Origin: an uncultured Myxococcales bacterium
GTDB lineage: Bacteria; Myxococcota_A; Polyangia; Fen-1088
Length of the DNA stretch: 64,000 bases
NCBI GenBank assembly: GCA_964540815.1
Contig: CAZIOH010000003.1
Span: forward strand, 1,685-65,684
Direction: 5' to 3'
The translations under genes and the position numbers were made by a program. The notes under the pieces are model-generated. The model did no database searches and was not told where the DNA came from. It was given only the letters and a program-made list of their open reading frames with translations. Below are positions 36,278 to 50,945 of this stretch, one piece after another (position 1 is the first letter of the stretch; each line of letters begins with the position of its first letter).

Positions 36278-37812
36278 GTGCCACCCTTGAACAGGAACGG
36301 ATAGCTCTGCACCACCGTTCGGCCATCGGATCTGGGGAAGGCCCACTGCTTCACCTGGCGCACGATGCAGCCCTCGACCGCCTCGTCGCCCATGGTCGTG
36401 ACCGCGATCCTGGACTTCTCGACGGCGCCCTCCGGACCGATGACCCAGTACACCTCGATCTTGCCGCCGAGGGTTGGCTTGCGCTGCAGCTCCTTCTCGT
36501 AGCAGAACTTGATCGCGTTCGCGTGCGCCCGCACCACGCGCGCCACCTGCTCCTTGGTGAGCCCTCCCCCCTCGTCGAGGGTGCCGGTCGCGATGTCGAG
36601 CTTCACCTCGCGTTCCTTGCGACTGGCGAGCGTCGGCGCGTGGCCATGTCCGTGGTTCGAGCGCCCGCCGGTGTCGAGCTCTCCGGCCCCGAGCAGGTGG
36701 CCGCTGCCGGTTCCACCGCCCCCCAGGCCTGCGCCGCTGGTCGCGAGCCCGCCCGAGCCCCGTCCCGCCACCACCGCCTTGGCGCCGCTCAATCCGGCCA
36801 CCGCCTGCTCGAGCTCGAGGCTGTTGTTCGCGAACAGCTTGGCCAGCCCCGAGCCCTGCGGGCGCTCCTTGCCGATGAGGCCCAGCAAGCCGACCTTCGA
36901 GACCTTGTCGCGCAGGAGATCCTTCTCGCCCTTGGGGACGACCGACTCCTTGGCCACGGCATCGCTCCGGCCGACGCGCCCGCGTTCCCGCTCCGCCCGC
37001 TTGGTCTGGCCGGCGTCCTCCCGCTTCTTCTCCTCGACCTTCTTCTCGTCCTTTTTGGGACCCCCGCGCTCGGGTGGTGCGGGCGGCGGCGCGGGTGGAA
37101 GCAGCTTGGCCACCCGCTCCCGCGAAAGGGCCAGCGGACGCGGATCCTCGTTCGGCGCGAACACCAGGAGCGCTGCCAGAAACATGGCCATGGCCGCCGA
37201 GGTCCCGGCGATGGTGCGGGCAAGGAACGGCTCGCGCTCGATGAGCGGCGGGCGCGCCACGTCGGGGGGGGGGTCCACGAACCGGACCTCGATGCGCAGG
37301 GCGGGCACCTCCCGGAAGAACAGGCGCGCCCGATCCCCAGGCGCAAGCTCGATCTCCCGCACGGCGGGGTCGCGCTTCACCGCGCGCCCACCTTGCAGGA
37401 TCTCCGCGACGTCCTGGCGCTGACCCGCCACGGTGACCTCACCGCCGAGATCCTCCGTCAGCCGCAACCGGAAGCTCCCGCGGGGCTTGCACGGAACCAG
37501 CAAGGCGTACCGATCTCCCGCCCGGCGCGATCGAAGGCGCGGCGTGTTCATCGAGGCCCGATGCGACGGCCCGAGCGTGATCCGCTCGCGCGGGCGCACC
37601 AGGCGGAACGCAAGGATCTTGTCCTGCCAGACCAGCGCGATCTGGAGCATCCGAGGAAGCACGCGAGAGGGAGCAGACATGAGGTTGGTTGGCGGGGCGG
37701 GCGAAGCGGGCGCGGAGGGACGAAGCCGCGACGGGTCGTCCCCCGTCTCCCGTTCCGGGTTCGGATGAGGGTCCGGGTCGAGTGAAGCCACGGCTCTAGA
37801 GATTCGGGTCAT
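36274..37812 (-). CDS. GltG/NfsG-like protein (AgmX/PglI C-terminal, TonB-C-like domain)
   Basis: MLQIALVWQDKIL N-terminus, one TM helix, Pro/Lys/Gly-rich linker, C-terminal LTKEQVARVVRAH...IKFCYEKELQRKPTLGGKI...W.FP...YPF.F. Start may be ATG 37680. Confidence 0.85.
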   Translation of the reverse strand: MTRISRAVASLDPDPHPNPERETGDDPSRLRPSAPASPAPPTNLMSAPSRVLPRMLQIALVWQDKILAFRLVRPRERITLGPSHRASMNTPRLRSRRAGDRYALLVPCKPRGSFRLRLTEDLGGEVTVAGQRQDVAEILQGGRAVKRDPAVREIELAPGDRARLFFREVPALRIEVRFVDPPPDVARPPLIEREPFLARTIAGTSAAMAMFLAALLVFAPNEDPRPLALSRERVAKLLPPAPPPAPPERGGPKKDEKKVEEKKREDAGQTKRAERERGRVGRSDAVAKESVVPKGEKDLLRDKVSKVGLLGLIGKERPQGSGLAKLFANNSLELEQAVAGLSGAKAVVAGRGSGGLATSGAGLGGGGTGSGHLLGAGELDTGGRSNHGHGHAPTLASRKEREVKLDIATGTLDEGGGLTKEQVARVVRAHANAIKFCYEKELQRKPTLGGKIEVYWVIGPEGAVEKSRIAVTTMGDEAVEGCIVRQVKQWAFPRSDGRTVVQSYPFLFKGGT

Positions 37813-38410
37813 CGGCGGTTCTCGCGAGTTCCTTCATGAACGAACGCTCGGCCGGGGCCGACATGTCGAGCTCGAGCTTGACGCGGTTCAGGAAGTAGAG
37901 CAGCTGCGGGGTCTTGAGCTTGCCTTCCACGTCCATGGCACCGAACGAGTACACCTTGGTCTTGGAGGGCTTTCCGGGTGGCATGGGTACATTCGCGGCG
38001 GCGCCGCCTTCGGCCTCGTCGCCGGTCGAACGGGGGGACGCCGCCGGGGTAGGAGAGCTGTGCGAGCTGTCGGTCTGGCTGGCCACCTCGTCGCCGTCGG
38101 CCGCGGCGCCTGCCAGGCGTTCGGCCGTGTCCTCGCGACCGCCCGTCGTGTCCTGTCCTTCTTTCTTCCCCGGCCCCCTCGGCCTCCCGGCGCGCGACGT
38201 GCGAGCGGCGGGCGCAGGCGCGGGTGCGCGCTTCTTCCGAGGGCCTCCACCCTGGCTTCCGTGGGCGCCCGCGACGCTGACGACTGCCCGGGCCCGGGCC
38301 TCGGCCGGGCGCGCCCCGCCCCCCCCGACCCGGAGCACGGTGACCACCGCCGCCGCCGAGACCAGCCACGCCCACCCCGTCGAGCTGGCCGTCATCCGCC
38401 TCCACATCAC
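37796..38410 (-). CDS. GltF/CglF/NfsF-like protein
   Basis: Signal, disordered linker, C-terminal KTKVYSFGAMDVEGKLKTPQLLYFLNR...RSFMKEL resembling CglF; position between TPR and GltG-like genes. Confidence 0.7.
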   Translation of the reverse strand: MMWRRMTASSTGWAWLVSAAAVVTVLRVGGGGARPAEARARAVVSVAGAHGSQGGGPRKKRAPAPAPAARTSRAGRPRGPGKKEGQDTTGGREDTAERLAGAAADGDEVASQTDSSHSSPTPAASPRSTGDEAEGGAAANVPMPPGKPSKTKVYSFGAMDVEGKLKTPQLLYFLNRVKLELDMSAPAERSFMKELARTADDPNL

Positions 38411-39580
38411 GGTTTGTCGCTCCTCGCCTGCAGGCTCTTCTGGGTCGCGGCGAGGTCCTTCAACCGGTCGAGCGCCTCCCGCCGTCGGGGATCGCCCTCC
38501 TCCGTCAGCTCGGCGAAGGCCTGAAAGGCCGCGCGCGCCTGGGCCGGTTGCTTCTCGTAGTCCATCGCCAGGATCCCGCTGTCAAACAGGGCCGCCGCGT
38601 GCTCCGGCTCGAGCTCGAGAGCCCGGGCGTAGGCCCGGCGCGCCTCGTCGAAGTGGCCTTGCCCGCGCGCCGCCACCCCCAGCGCGACGTAGGCGTCCGC
38701 GTCGGCCTCGGTCGCGTCGATGGCCCGCTGCAGCTCCGCGTGGGCGCGGGTGTAGTCTCCACAGTCGAGGTAGACCACGGCCTTGTTGAGCCGCGCCTCG
38801 ATGTATCGGGGATCGAGCTCGGTGGCCTTCTGGAAGCTCGAGAACGCCTCCTGGTCCCGGCCTCGGGCGAAGGCCACCAGGCCAAGGTTGTTCCACACGA
38901 ACGCGCTCTTCCCGTCGAGCGCGAGGGCCTTTCGCAGCGCCGACTCGGCCAGCTCGAGCTTGTCCATCTTGTAATAGATGAGGCCGAGCGAGTTGTAGGC
39001 GCGCACCATCTGCTTGACGTCCTCACCCGCCTGCCCGAGCGCGATGCGGGTCTGCGCCAGCGCCTCCGTCAGATCGCCTGCGTCACGCAAGGCCTGGATG
39101 TAGCAGTTGCGAAGCTCCGCGTCCGCGGGCGCGGCTGCCAGCCGCTCGCCATACAGCCGCGCCGCCTGCTTGAACTGCCCGGAGCGGCGCAGGGCCTCGC
39201 CGAGCGCCAGCGCGGTGGGCCGCGAGGCGGGCTGAATCTCGAGCGCGCGCCGAAACTCGCCGGCGGCTCGCCCGAAGTTCCCGCGGCTCGCATCGAGCCA
39301 CCCGAGATCGTGCCACGCCTCGAAGAACCTGGGCTCGAGTCGGGTGGCCTCGAGCAGGTGGCGACGGGCCTCGGCGTGGCTGCCGGTCCCTTGCCGAAGA
39401 GCGAGGAGGCCGCTGGCGAACTCGGCGCGCGCCTCGTTCGCCACGACGGGGAGCACCGCGGCGGCGATCGGCCTTGCCGCCGCGGAGGGTGCGGGAGCGC
39501 CGTGACGGCACCCCGTGCCCACCAGGCCCGCGCCCCCGCACACCGCGAACGCCAGGCACACGCCCAGCTTGAGCCGTCCA

Positions 39581-39591
<11 letters not shown>
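38407..39591 (-). CDS. GltE/AglT/NfsE-like TPR lipoprotein
   Basis: LVGTGC lipobox; serial TPRs (AYNSLGLIYY, VWNNLGLVAF, ARLNKAVVYL, AYVALGVAAR). Confidence 0.75.
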
Positions 39592-42944
<3,353 letters not shown>

Positions 42945-42961
<17 letters not shown>

Positions 42962-44876
42962 ATTCGTCCGCCCAGTATTCGCCCTCGTAGGGCCAGTATT
43001 CCTCGTCGTCGCGAATCAAACCTTCGGTCTCGAGCTTGCCGAAGAGATCGCTCGAATAGCGCCCCGCCTGCAGGTTGGCGATCTCGATCTCGAGGCGCTT
43101 CTTCTTCCCGATGACCGCGTCGATGTGGGTGAGGCGCGCCTGACGAAGGATGGACCTCAAGCGATGGTCGAGGTCCTGAAGGGCGCTCTCGGCCAGCCCC
43201 GCCGCCGCATCGACCAGGCCGGCACGAAGCCGCCGCGTCTGTCGACCGAGCTCCTGCAGCTTCACCGTCTCGTTGGCGAAGGGTCCGCCGAGGCTGACCG
43301 GACGCGCCAGACGCGCGACCTGGCGCGCCCTGCCCAGCAGGTCGACGGCGTCGTCGTGGGTCTCACGCGTCTCCTCCCCACCGCGGCTGTCGGCCACCAG
43401 CGCCTCGACCTCCGCCACCAGGGCGGCGGCCTCGGGCGCCTCCGCGCCCCGCGCCGCGCTTGCCCCGTCGATCGGGGCGGCCCGAGCGGCCGTCAGGGCG
43501 TCCCAGATGGCCACCTCGTGCGGCAGCGCATCCGCCTCCCGGTCGAGCGCCGTCAGATAGGTCACGTACCGGTAGAACCTGGGATCGAGCTTGAGCAGCT
43601 CGACGATCGGGTCGTGCTCCCGGCCGAGCGCATCGCGCGCCAGCAGCCGCCGGTAGAGCGTTCGCCGGTGGTCGGGCTCGGCGATCAGGCGGGACACCTC
43701 GGCCTCGAGCGGGGCGTACCGATCGACCAGCGCCCCGAGGTGCGCGCGCACGTCATCGAACCGGCAGGACTTGAGCTCGATCATCGCGCGCAAGAGCAAC
43801 ACGTCGGGGCCGAGCGGGGAGCTGGGGAAGGCCCGGTCGAACTGCTCGATGAAGGCGCGCGCCGCCTGGTACTCACCCTTCTGGAACATCGACCACGCGG
43901 CCTCGAACAGCGCATCCGGCAAGCGCTCCGATTCCTCGGGCACTCGAAAGTAGAAGTAGTAGGCGTCGTCGTAGCGCCCCTGCTCGTGGGCGATGCGCCC
44001 GAGGGCCAGATAGGCGAGATCCTTGATGGCCCAGTAGCGCCCGTCGACGAAGAACGAGAAGGCGTCGTTGTCCGCCTGCTCGACGATCTCGCACAGGTTG
44101 CGACGGGCCAGCCCATAGTGCCGGGTCCGCGCATTCACCAGTCCCCGAAAGTAGAGTGCCGACGCGAAGAAGCGGGACTGGCGCCCGACCACCGCGAAGG
44201 CCTCGGCCGCCTCGGCGAAGCGCCCGGCGCCGTACAGCCCCTTGCCGGACAGGTAGGCCCGCTCGTTGCGCGCGTCCGTGGGCAGTCGCTCTCGCGGCGC
44301 GGCCGCGTCGAGGCGCGCCAGCACGCCGGCCTCATCGTGCGTCTCGAGCGCGATGTCCACCATGGCGCGGTACCCGGCCCCGAAGAAGGGGGATGACGAT
44401 CCGGCCTCGAGCACCCGCCGCAGGAAGCCCTCCGCGGCGCGATAGGCCCCGCCCCGCAGCAGGGCCCGCCCGAGCGTGAGCTCCGCCCCCTGGAACTCGG
44501 GATCGGCGTGAAACGCCGCGAAGCGATTCGACTCCACCAGGGTGGCCAGCCGGGCGGTCGCCGCGTGGACGTTGCCCGCGACCAGCTCCTGCTGGGCCAG
44601 CGCCAGCCCTGCCCGCAGCTCCTCGAGCGACCCCGCGCCCCCGCCCGCCCCGATCCGCGCTTGCTCGAGATCCAGGAAGAGGGGCTTGTCCGGCGGCCCG
44701 GACCGTGGCTCGTCCGCCGCCCCCACCGTCGCGTTGCCCGCAGGCGACGGCTGCGCGTGCGCCTCACCCACACCCACGCCCACGCCCACGCCCACGCTGC
44801 GCCCGGTGCGATCCACCGCGCCCCACGAGGCCAGCGCACTCAAGATCGCCAGGCAGTGCCGCGTGGGATTTCTCAT
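42945..44876 (-). CDS. GltC/NfsC-like TPR protein
   Basis: Signal peptide, TPRs (LPDALFEAAWSMF), coiled coil and terminal EEYWPYEGEYWADE motif characteristic of GltC-type proteins. Confidence 0.8.
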
Positions 44877-45540
44877 TCCGCGAGCTTCACCTCGAGCTCC
44901 AGCTTGGGCTCGTATTCGGGCGGATCGCCGTCCTCGTCCCCCGTCAGCCCGAGGTGCAGCGCTCCCCTGCCTGGCGCGACCACCGCGAACGTGTGCTCGG
45001 AGGTATACCCGAGCCGCGCGGCTCCGACCTTGGTTCCCCCCTTCTGCTCGGCCTTGGGACGGATCTCGAGCCAGACGGTGAGCGCGTGCGGCCCAGGCTT
45101 GATCGGCCGCGACGCGACCTGGATCAGGTCGTCCAGATCGTTGGTGCTCGACCTGTCGCTCGAATCCCAGATCTCCGCGCCATCCATCAGGAATCGCGCC
45201 TTGCGGAGCACGAAGGCGGGGCTGCCCTTCCAGTGCAACTGGACGTCGAACCGGGTCGGATAGACCGTATCGGCCACCTTCTGGCTGCGCACCCGCGCCT
45301 TGAAGAGCTCCTCGCGGAGCCGGTCGTACTCCGCGCGCAGCTTCTCGAGATCGGCCGCCTCCGCGCCGGGCGCCTGGTGTCCCTGCTTCACGTCGGCGCC
45401 CGTCCCGCCTCGCCCGGAGGACGCGCCCGGGCCGGGGCCATCCACGCCGCCCGCCGCCGCTCCAGCGCTCTTCGCGGCGGCGCCGGGCCAGAGGCCCAGC
45501 ATGATTCCCAGGGTGCCCACCGCGAACCGGAGACCGACTC

Positions 45541-45544
<4 letters not shown>
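44873..45544 (-). CDS. Exported hypothetical protein (coiled coil plus beta-rich domain)
   Basis: ATG 45544 overlaps upstream stop; signal; LEKLRAEYDRLREELFKARVR coil; beta-strand-rich C-terminus. Confidence 0.7.
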
Positions 45545-46295
<751 letters not shown>

Positions 46296-46299
<4 letters not shown>

Positions 46300-47189
46300 C
46301 CGGGGAACCACCCGCAAAGACCGACCAGGGTGACGATGTTGTGGCTCGTGCGCCCGCGTCCGAGCACCTCCTCTGGGATCGCGAAGTCGCGCAGATCCAG
46401 CCGGATCGAGAGGTAGCGCGCGAGAAAGAGCCTCAGCCCGACACCGACTTGCAAGGTGAGCCCCTGGGCGGTGTCGTTGAAGGTCCGCCCGGCCCCCACC
46501 ACCCACGACAGGTCGGCGTGCGTGATCCGGCGCTCACTCCAGCGCAGCTTGGCGTGAATCGGTGCCCACACCATCGCCCCCAGGGCGTTCCAGGCCATGC
46601 CCGACTGGAAGTGGTGCTCCCGGTCGAAGCCCGTGAACGGCTGCTCGAGGCGAAACTCAACCGGATTGCGGGCGAGCAGGGCCTCCACGCCGAAGTCCTC
46701 CGACAGCCAGAACACCACCGCGGCCCCGTAGGTGTAGGTGGAGGACAGCATGTCGGCGGCGTAGTGGCCACCGAGCAGCGACAGCTCGACGCGGTGTCGC
46801 TTGATGAAATCGCGCTTCTGGACCCCGCGGCGCGCACCGTCGCTGTCGTTCCCACCCTCGCCCTCGAGGCAAGCCAGCGCATGGAGCGCGGCGCCGGGGG
46901 CGGCCCCGGCGTCCGACTCTGATTCTCGAGCCGAGGCGCCGTCACCGTCACCGTCGTCGTCGTCCGCAGCCGCGGCCGCGGCCCCGGACGCTGGAGGTGA
47001 CGGCGTGGCGCGCGCCACCGGGTCGACCTCCGAGGTCGGGCCCGGCGGCGCGGCTTCCTCGAACGGGCTGTCGCCGGCGGCCCCGGGCGGCGACCTGGCG
47101 GCGGCATGCGCGCGCACCTCGAGCGACCATAGAACCACGGGCGGAGCGACCGCCGCGCAGAGGGCGAGGATGACCGTCGCGCGTCCCAA
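46296..47189 (-). CDS. Myxobacterial outer-membrane beta-barrel (GltA/GltB, NfsA/NfsB-like), paralogue of the next gene
   Basis: VQKRDFIKRHRVELSLLGGHYAADML, FWLSEDFGVE, WAPIHAKLRW, VGLRLFLARYLSIRLDLRD. Start uncertain (TTG 47189 chosen because the ORF from 47606 overlaps a divergent gene). Confidence 0.75.
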
Positions 47190-47310
47190 CGCATAACCGT
47201 AGTCCCGGCCGCGTGGTCCTGGCAAGGCACGACCCCGGGGTTTCCGCACAAACTCGTCGTGGAGTGGCGTTTTTGGCCCGGATCTTTCGAGTCTTTGCTC
47301 GAAGAGTGCG

Positions 47311-49215
47311 ATGCTCGAGTGGGTGGCCATCATGAAAAGGCGCGAACTGTGCGCAGGAGCGGCGCGCAGGTCGCACGTGTCGGTCCGCCAGAGGCGGGTG
47401 GCATCGCCGTCGTCGTCACGCGGGTCACCCGAGTCGCGCGGGTCGCGCGTCGTGGTGACGCTGTGCCCGGGGCTCCTCGCCATCTGCGGTCTGGCGCTTT
47501 CGCTGGCACCTCCTCTGTTGCTCGTTGGAGGCTGCCATTCGGGGTCGGGGTTGTCGCGCATCGACCCAGCGGCTGGAATGTCTGTCGTCGGCCAGCAAGC
47601 CCCCACCGACGCCTATTCGTCAGACGCCGGCCAAGCCTGTAAGGCGCCCCGCGTCTGCGTGCAGAATCAGGTCTTCACCTGCGGCTCACCCGGCAGCCCC
47701 GGCATGCGCATCGAGACCTGCGCCGATGCCTGCAGCCTCGGTCGCTGCGTCAGCACCGACTGCGCCCTGGCCGAAGCATCGGATGCCGCCCGCGGGTGTC
47801 TCTTCTACGGCGCACGCGTGGACAACATCGACAGCGACGCGGATTCTCCCACCATGCTGCTCGTCAGCAGCGCCTCGGACAGCGGTGGCAGCATCTCGGT
47901 CGAGGCGCGCGCGCCTGGCAACGGGTCCCCCGGAGACGCCTGGGTCCCATTTGCCTCTGGCTTTCTCGGTGGACGCGCCGCGCAGCGCCTGTGGTTCACC
48001 ACGCCCGCCGCCTTGAAGAGCGCCGGTGCCACCGTGGCCGGTGGGTTCCGGGTGGTCACCGAGCATCCTGCGCTGGTGGTGCAGCTCGACAGCGCCAACC
48101 TCGATCGCACGGCCCAGTCGACCGCGGGAACCGTGCTGCGGCCGGCCCAGTCGCTCGGGTATCGACACCGCGCGATGACCTACCCGCAAAGAACCAGCAA
48201 CACGGTGGATCGGACCCCGGGCAGCCGCGCCGGCGCGGGACAGGTGGTGGTGGTCGCCACCCAGGATGGCACGGTGGTGAACTTGACGGCCCGGGTGCCG
48301 GTGATCGCCGGCGCTGATGGGAGCTCGGTCCTGGCCAGCGGCGCTGGGGGGGGCCTCTTCCCGCTCGACGCGGGCGACGCCTTCCAGTTCTTCTCCGCGA
48401 ACGAAGGGGACGATCTCACGGGCTCCCTGCTCGAGTCGAACCACGCGATCGCGGTGTTCTCGGGGAATGTCTATTCCAGCTACGGGGCGACGGTCGCGGG
48501 GTTCAATGGCGGCGATTCGACCCTCGAGCAACTCCCCCCGGTGGAGGCGTGGGGCGGCGAGTACGTGGGCGCCTGGCTGGCCCCGCAGGCGAACTGCGAT
48601 CCACTCGGATCCTCGAACACCGGGCGCTGGTCGGTGGTGGCGGCGGAAGATGGTACGTCGGTGTCGATCGCCGCGGCCAGCGGCGCGACCCTCGAAGGCG
48701 TGCCCGTGCAGTTCACGCTCGCGGCCGGCGAATCCAGGAACTTCCTGGTCCACGGCGGGACGACCCCGGACGGGACGGTGATCCCGGGAGACTTCGTGCT
48801 CTCGGCGGCCGGCGAGAAGCGCGTGCTGCTCGGGCAATGGCTGGACTGCGAGCCGTCGCTCTCCTGGGGGGTCGACACCCGCCACGGCGTCGACGGGCTG
48901 AGCCTGGTGTTGCCACCGGGCTTCGACCACGAGCTGGCGATCGTGCGCGAGCGACGCACCGACGTCACGCTCGACGGCACGATCCTGACCACCCCCTTCA
49001 GCCCCGCCGGGGGCGACGGGAGGTACGAGGTCGGCCGGATCGGCTCCGCGGAGCTCGGGCCGTGTCGCGACCTGCTCGATACCTGCGCCGTCACGCTCGG
49101 GAGCGGCGCGCTCGGTCTCACCTGGCGGGGCATGGATTCCGTTTGCAGCTACGCGGTCACGGTCCCGCCACGCGGCACGGCTTGCGCCCTGCCGAGCACG
49201 CAGTGTCTGGAGTGA
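47311..49215 (+). CDS. IgGFc-binding-domain-like lipoprotein
   Basis: LVGGC lipobox; Cys-rich N-terminal; GCLFYGARVDN, VVVVATQDGTVV, DLTGSLLESNHAIAVFSG, EQLPPVEAWGGEY motifs. Confidence 0.75.
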   Translation: MLEWVAIMKRRELCAGAARRSHVSVRQRRVASPSSSRGSPESRGSRVVVTLCPGLLAICGLALSLAPPLLLVGGCHSGSGLSRIDPAAGMSVVGQQAPTDAYSSDAGQACKAPRVCVQNQVFTCGSPGSPGMRIETCADACSLGRCVSTDCALAEASDAARGCLFYGARVDNIDSDADSPTMLLVSSASDSGGSISVEARAPGNGSPGDAWVPFASGFLGGRAAQRLWFTTPAALKSAGATVAGGFRVVTEHPALVVQLDSANLDRTAQSTAGTVLRPAQSLGYRHRAMTYPQRTSNTVDRTPGSRAGAGQVVVVATQDGTVVNLTARVPVIAGADGSSVLASGAGGGLFPLDAGDAFQFFSANEGDDLTGSLLESNHAIAVFSGNVYSSYGATVAGFNGGDSTLEQLPPVEAWGGEYVGAWLAPQANCDPLGSSNTGRWSVVAAEDGTSVSIAAASGATLEGVPVQFTLAAGESRNFLVHGGTTPDGTVIPGDFVLSAAGEKRVLLGQWLDCEPSLSWGVDTRHGVDGLSLVLPPGFDHELAIVRERRTDVTLDGTILTTPFSPAGGDGRYEVGRIGSAELGPCRDLLDTCAVTLGSGALGLTWRGMDSVCSYAVTVPPRGTACALPSTQCLE

Positions 49216-49252
49216 GACGGCAGACGGCCGCGGTGGTAAAGAGAAGGGTATC

Positions 49253-50047
49253 ATGCTGCGAATCGCGTCGACGGTGATGGCCGTCGCCTTTGCCGGCGCG
49301 GGCGCCGTCACCCTCAGGGTTGAACCGGCGCGTGCGGCGCCAGCCGCCGCCTTGGCCCCCGCCGCCGGGCCGCCGGGCCTCGACCCGGACGCCATCCCGG
49401 CCGAGCCCGCGCCATCCTCGTCAGCCTCCGGCGAAGTGGTGGCGGCGCCACCGGCCGGAACGCTTGCAACCGTCCTCGCACCCACGCGCCCGCGCTTTTC
49501 CTTTGCCGTCGGGTTCGGCACCTCGTTCGATCACAGCGGCACCAGCGACGGACGCACGGTGACCATCCCCGCCTTCGAGATCTCGCTCGGCGCCGGGGAC
49601 CGGGCGCTCGGATTCGAGGCCAACCTGATGTCCACCCAGGCGAGCGGCCGGTACCGCCAGGTCACGAACGGGAAGGACGACATCGGCGTGGATCGGGCGG
49701 CGCTGGACGGGTTGCTCGCCCTGCGCCCTGCCTGGATGATCGATCGGATCGGCGGGCGACATCCCCCGCCCCCGACCTCCTATCTCGCGCGCGTCTGGCA
49801 CTCGTTCACGCTCGATGTTGGAGGCACCGCCGAACGCGTCGCGCCCGGCACCGAGTCCGCCTACCGCCTCGGCGGTCTGCTGGCCACGCACGTCGACATC
49901 CTCCCCCTCACCTACGCGGATCATCCGAGCGTGCTCGCCATTCGCATCGGCGCCCGCCGGGTGCTCGCCCCCAAGGCCACCCTGACCAGCGCCGAGGTCA
50001 CCGACACCAACGTCGACCTCTTCGTGAGCCTCGCCGCCGGGTTCTGA
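49253..50047 (+). CDS. Exported hypothetical protein, probable beta-barrel
   Basis: Signal; amphipathic strands (FSFAVGFGTSF, LFVSLAAGF); terminal F. Confidence 0.55.
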   Translation: MLRIASTVMAVAFAGAGAVTLRVEPARAAPAAALAPAAGPPGLDPDAIPAEPAPSSSASGEVVAAPPAGTLATVLAPTRPRFSFAVGFGTSFDHSGTSDGRTVTIPAFEISLGAGDRALGFEANLMSTQASGRYRQVTNGKDDIGVDRAALDGLLALRPAWMIDRIGGRHPPPPTSYLARVWHSFTLDVGGTAERVAPGTESAYRLGGLLATHVDILPLTYADHPSVLAIRIGARRVLAPKATLTSAEVTDTNVDLFVSLAAGF

Positions 50048-50210
50048 GGGCGACAGTCACCTCGCTCCTCTGACTATCTCTCGCCCGACGGAAGCGGAAG
50101 TCCCGGTGGGCGCTGGCAGGTCTCATCCCCTCGCCCCGCAGCGCCGGCCAGGCAGAGGGGCCCACTTCACTCCAGCCCTCGGCCCTGTCCAGCTTGACTT
50201 GCCGGTCTCG

Positions 50211-50232
50211 TCATGGCCAGATATAGCCATGA
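50211..50232. promoter_or_regulatory. Inverted repeat TCATGGC-N8-GCCATGA over the antitoxin start codon (candidate TA operator)
   Basis: tcatggc cagatata gccatga read directly; right arm contains ATG 50229. Confidence 0.65.
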
Positions 50233-50489
50233 AGGCGGTCAAGATTGCCGAGCTGAAGGATTGCCTGTCCGAACACTTGCGGGCGGTCGAGCGGGGGGCC
50301 GAGGTTGTGGTGACGGATCGCGGCAGGCCGATTGCCCGTATCGTACCCTTTTCTTCCGGTCAACCGTCGGCCACGATCGAGCCCGCCAAGGTGCCATTCT
50401 CGATGATCCGGGCACGCAAGCGTTCTCGCCCCGCGCGCTGGTCGGTCAAGTCGGGCGCGTTGCTGATCGCCGAACGCGGCGCCAGGTGA
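50229..50489 (+). CDS. Phd/YefM family antitoxin
   Basis: MKAVKIAELKDCLSEHLRAVERGAEVVVTDRGRPIARIVP. Confidence 0.9.
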   Translation: MKAVKIAELKDCLSEHLRAVERGAEVVVTDRGRPIARIVPFSSGQPSATIEPAKVPFSMIRARKRSRPARWSVKSGALLIAERGAR

Positions 50490-50938
50490 AAGCCTATATC
50501 GACACGTCGGTCCTGCTTCGGATCGTGCTTGGCGAGCCGCGACCGCTCGCCGAGTGGCGCTCCATCGATCTCGCCTTGACCAGCGAGCTCACCCGGATCG
50601 AGGCGTTGCGCACGATCGATCGGGCGCGTATCGAGCTGCGCCTTCCTGACACCGCGGTGGCCGAACGGCGGGCGCTCGTCCTCGGGACTCTGGACGGCTT
50701 TCATCTGGCCCACCTCGACGGAGTCGTCCTCGACCGCGCCGCCGAACCGTTCCCCACGCTGGTCCGGACTCTGGATGCCATACATCTGGCGACCGCGGTG
50801 CTCTCTCGAGCCGAGCACCCGGGCCTCGTGTTCGCCACGCACGACGAGGCTCAAGCCACGGCCGCCCGGTCGCTGGGGTTTGACGTGATCGGCGCCCCTT
50901 CCCGCTTGGCTCGTGCCAGGCTGAGCCAAAGGCCATGA
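50486..50938 (+). CDS. vapC: PIN-domain toxin (VapC-like)
   Basis: AYIDTSVLL, ELTRIE, RTLDAIHLATA, FATHD; GTGA overlap with antitoxin. Confidence 0.9.
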   Translation: MKAYIDTSVLLRIVLGEPRPLAEWRSIDLALTSELTRIEALRTIDRARIELRLPDTAVAERRALVLGTLDGFHLAHLDGVVLDRAAEPFPTLVRTLDAIHLATAVLSRAEHPGLVFATHDEAQATAARSLGFDVIGAPSRLARARLSQRP

Positions 50939-50945
50939 GCGGAAG

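Noticed and set aside
47221-47330. Sigma54 promoter for the Glt-like operon (minus-strand GGGGTCGTGCCTTGCC) and the TTCGAG-N6-CTCGAA inverted repeat
   Set aside because: The -24 element lacks TGGC, and a 6-bp inverted repeat is expected by chance; too weak to call.
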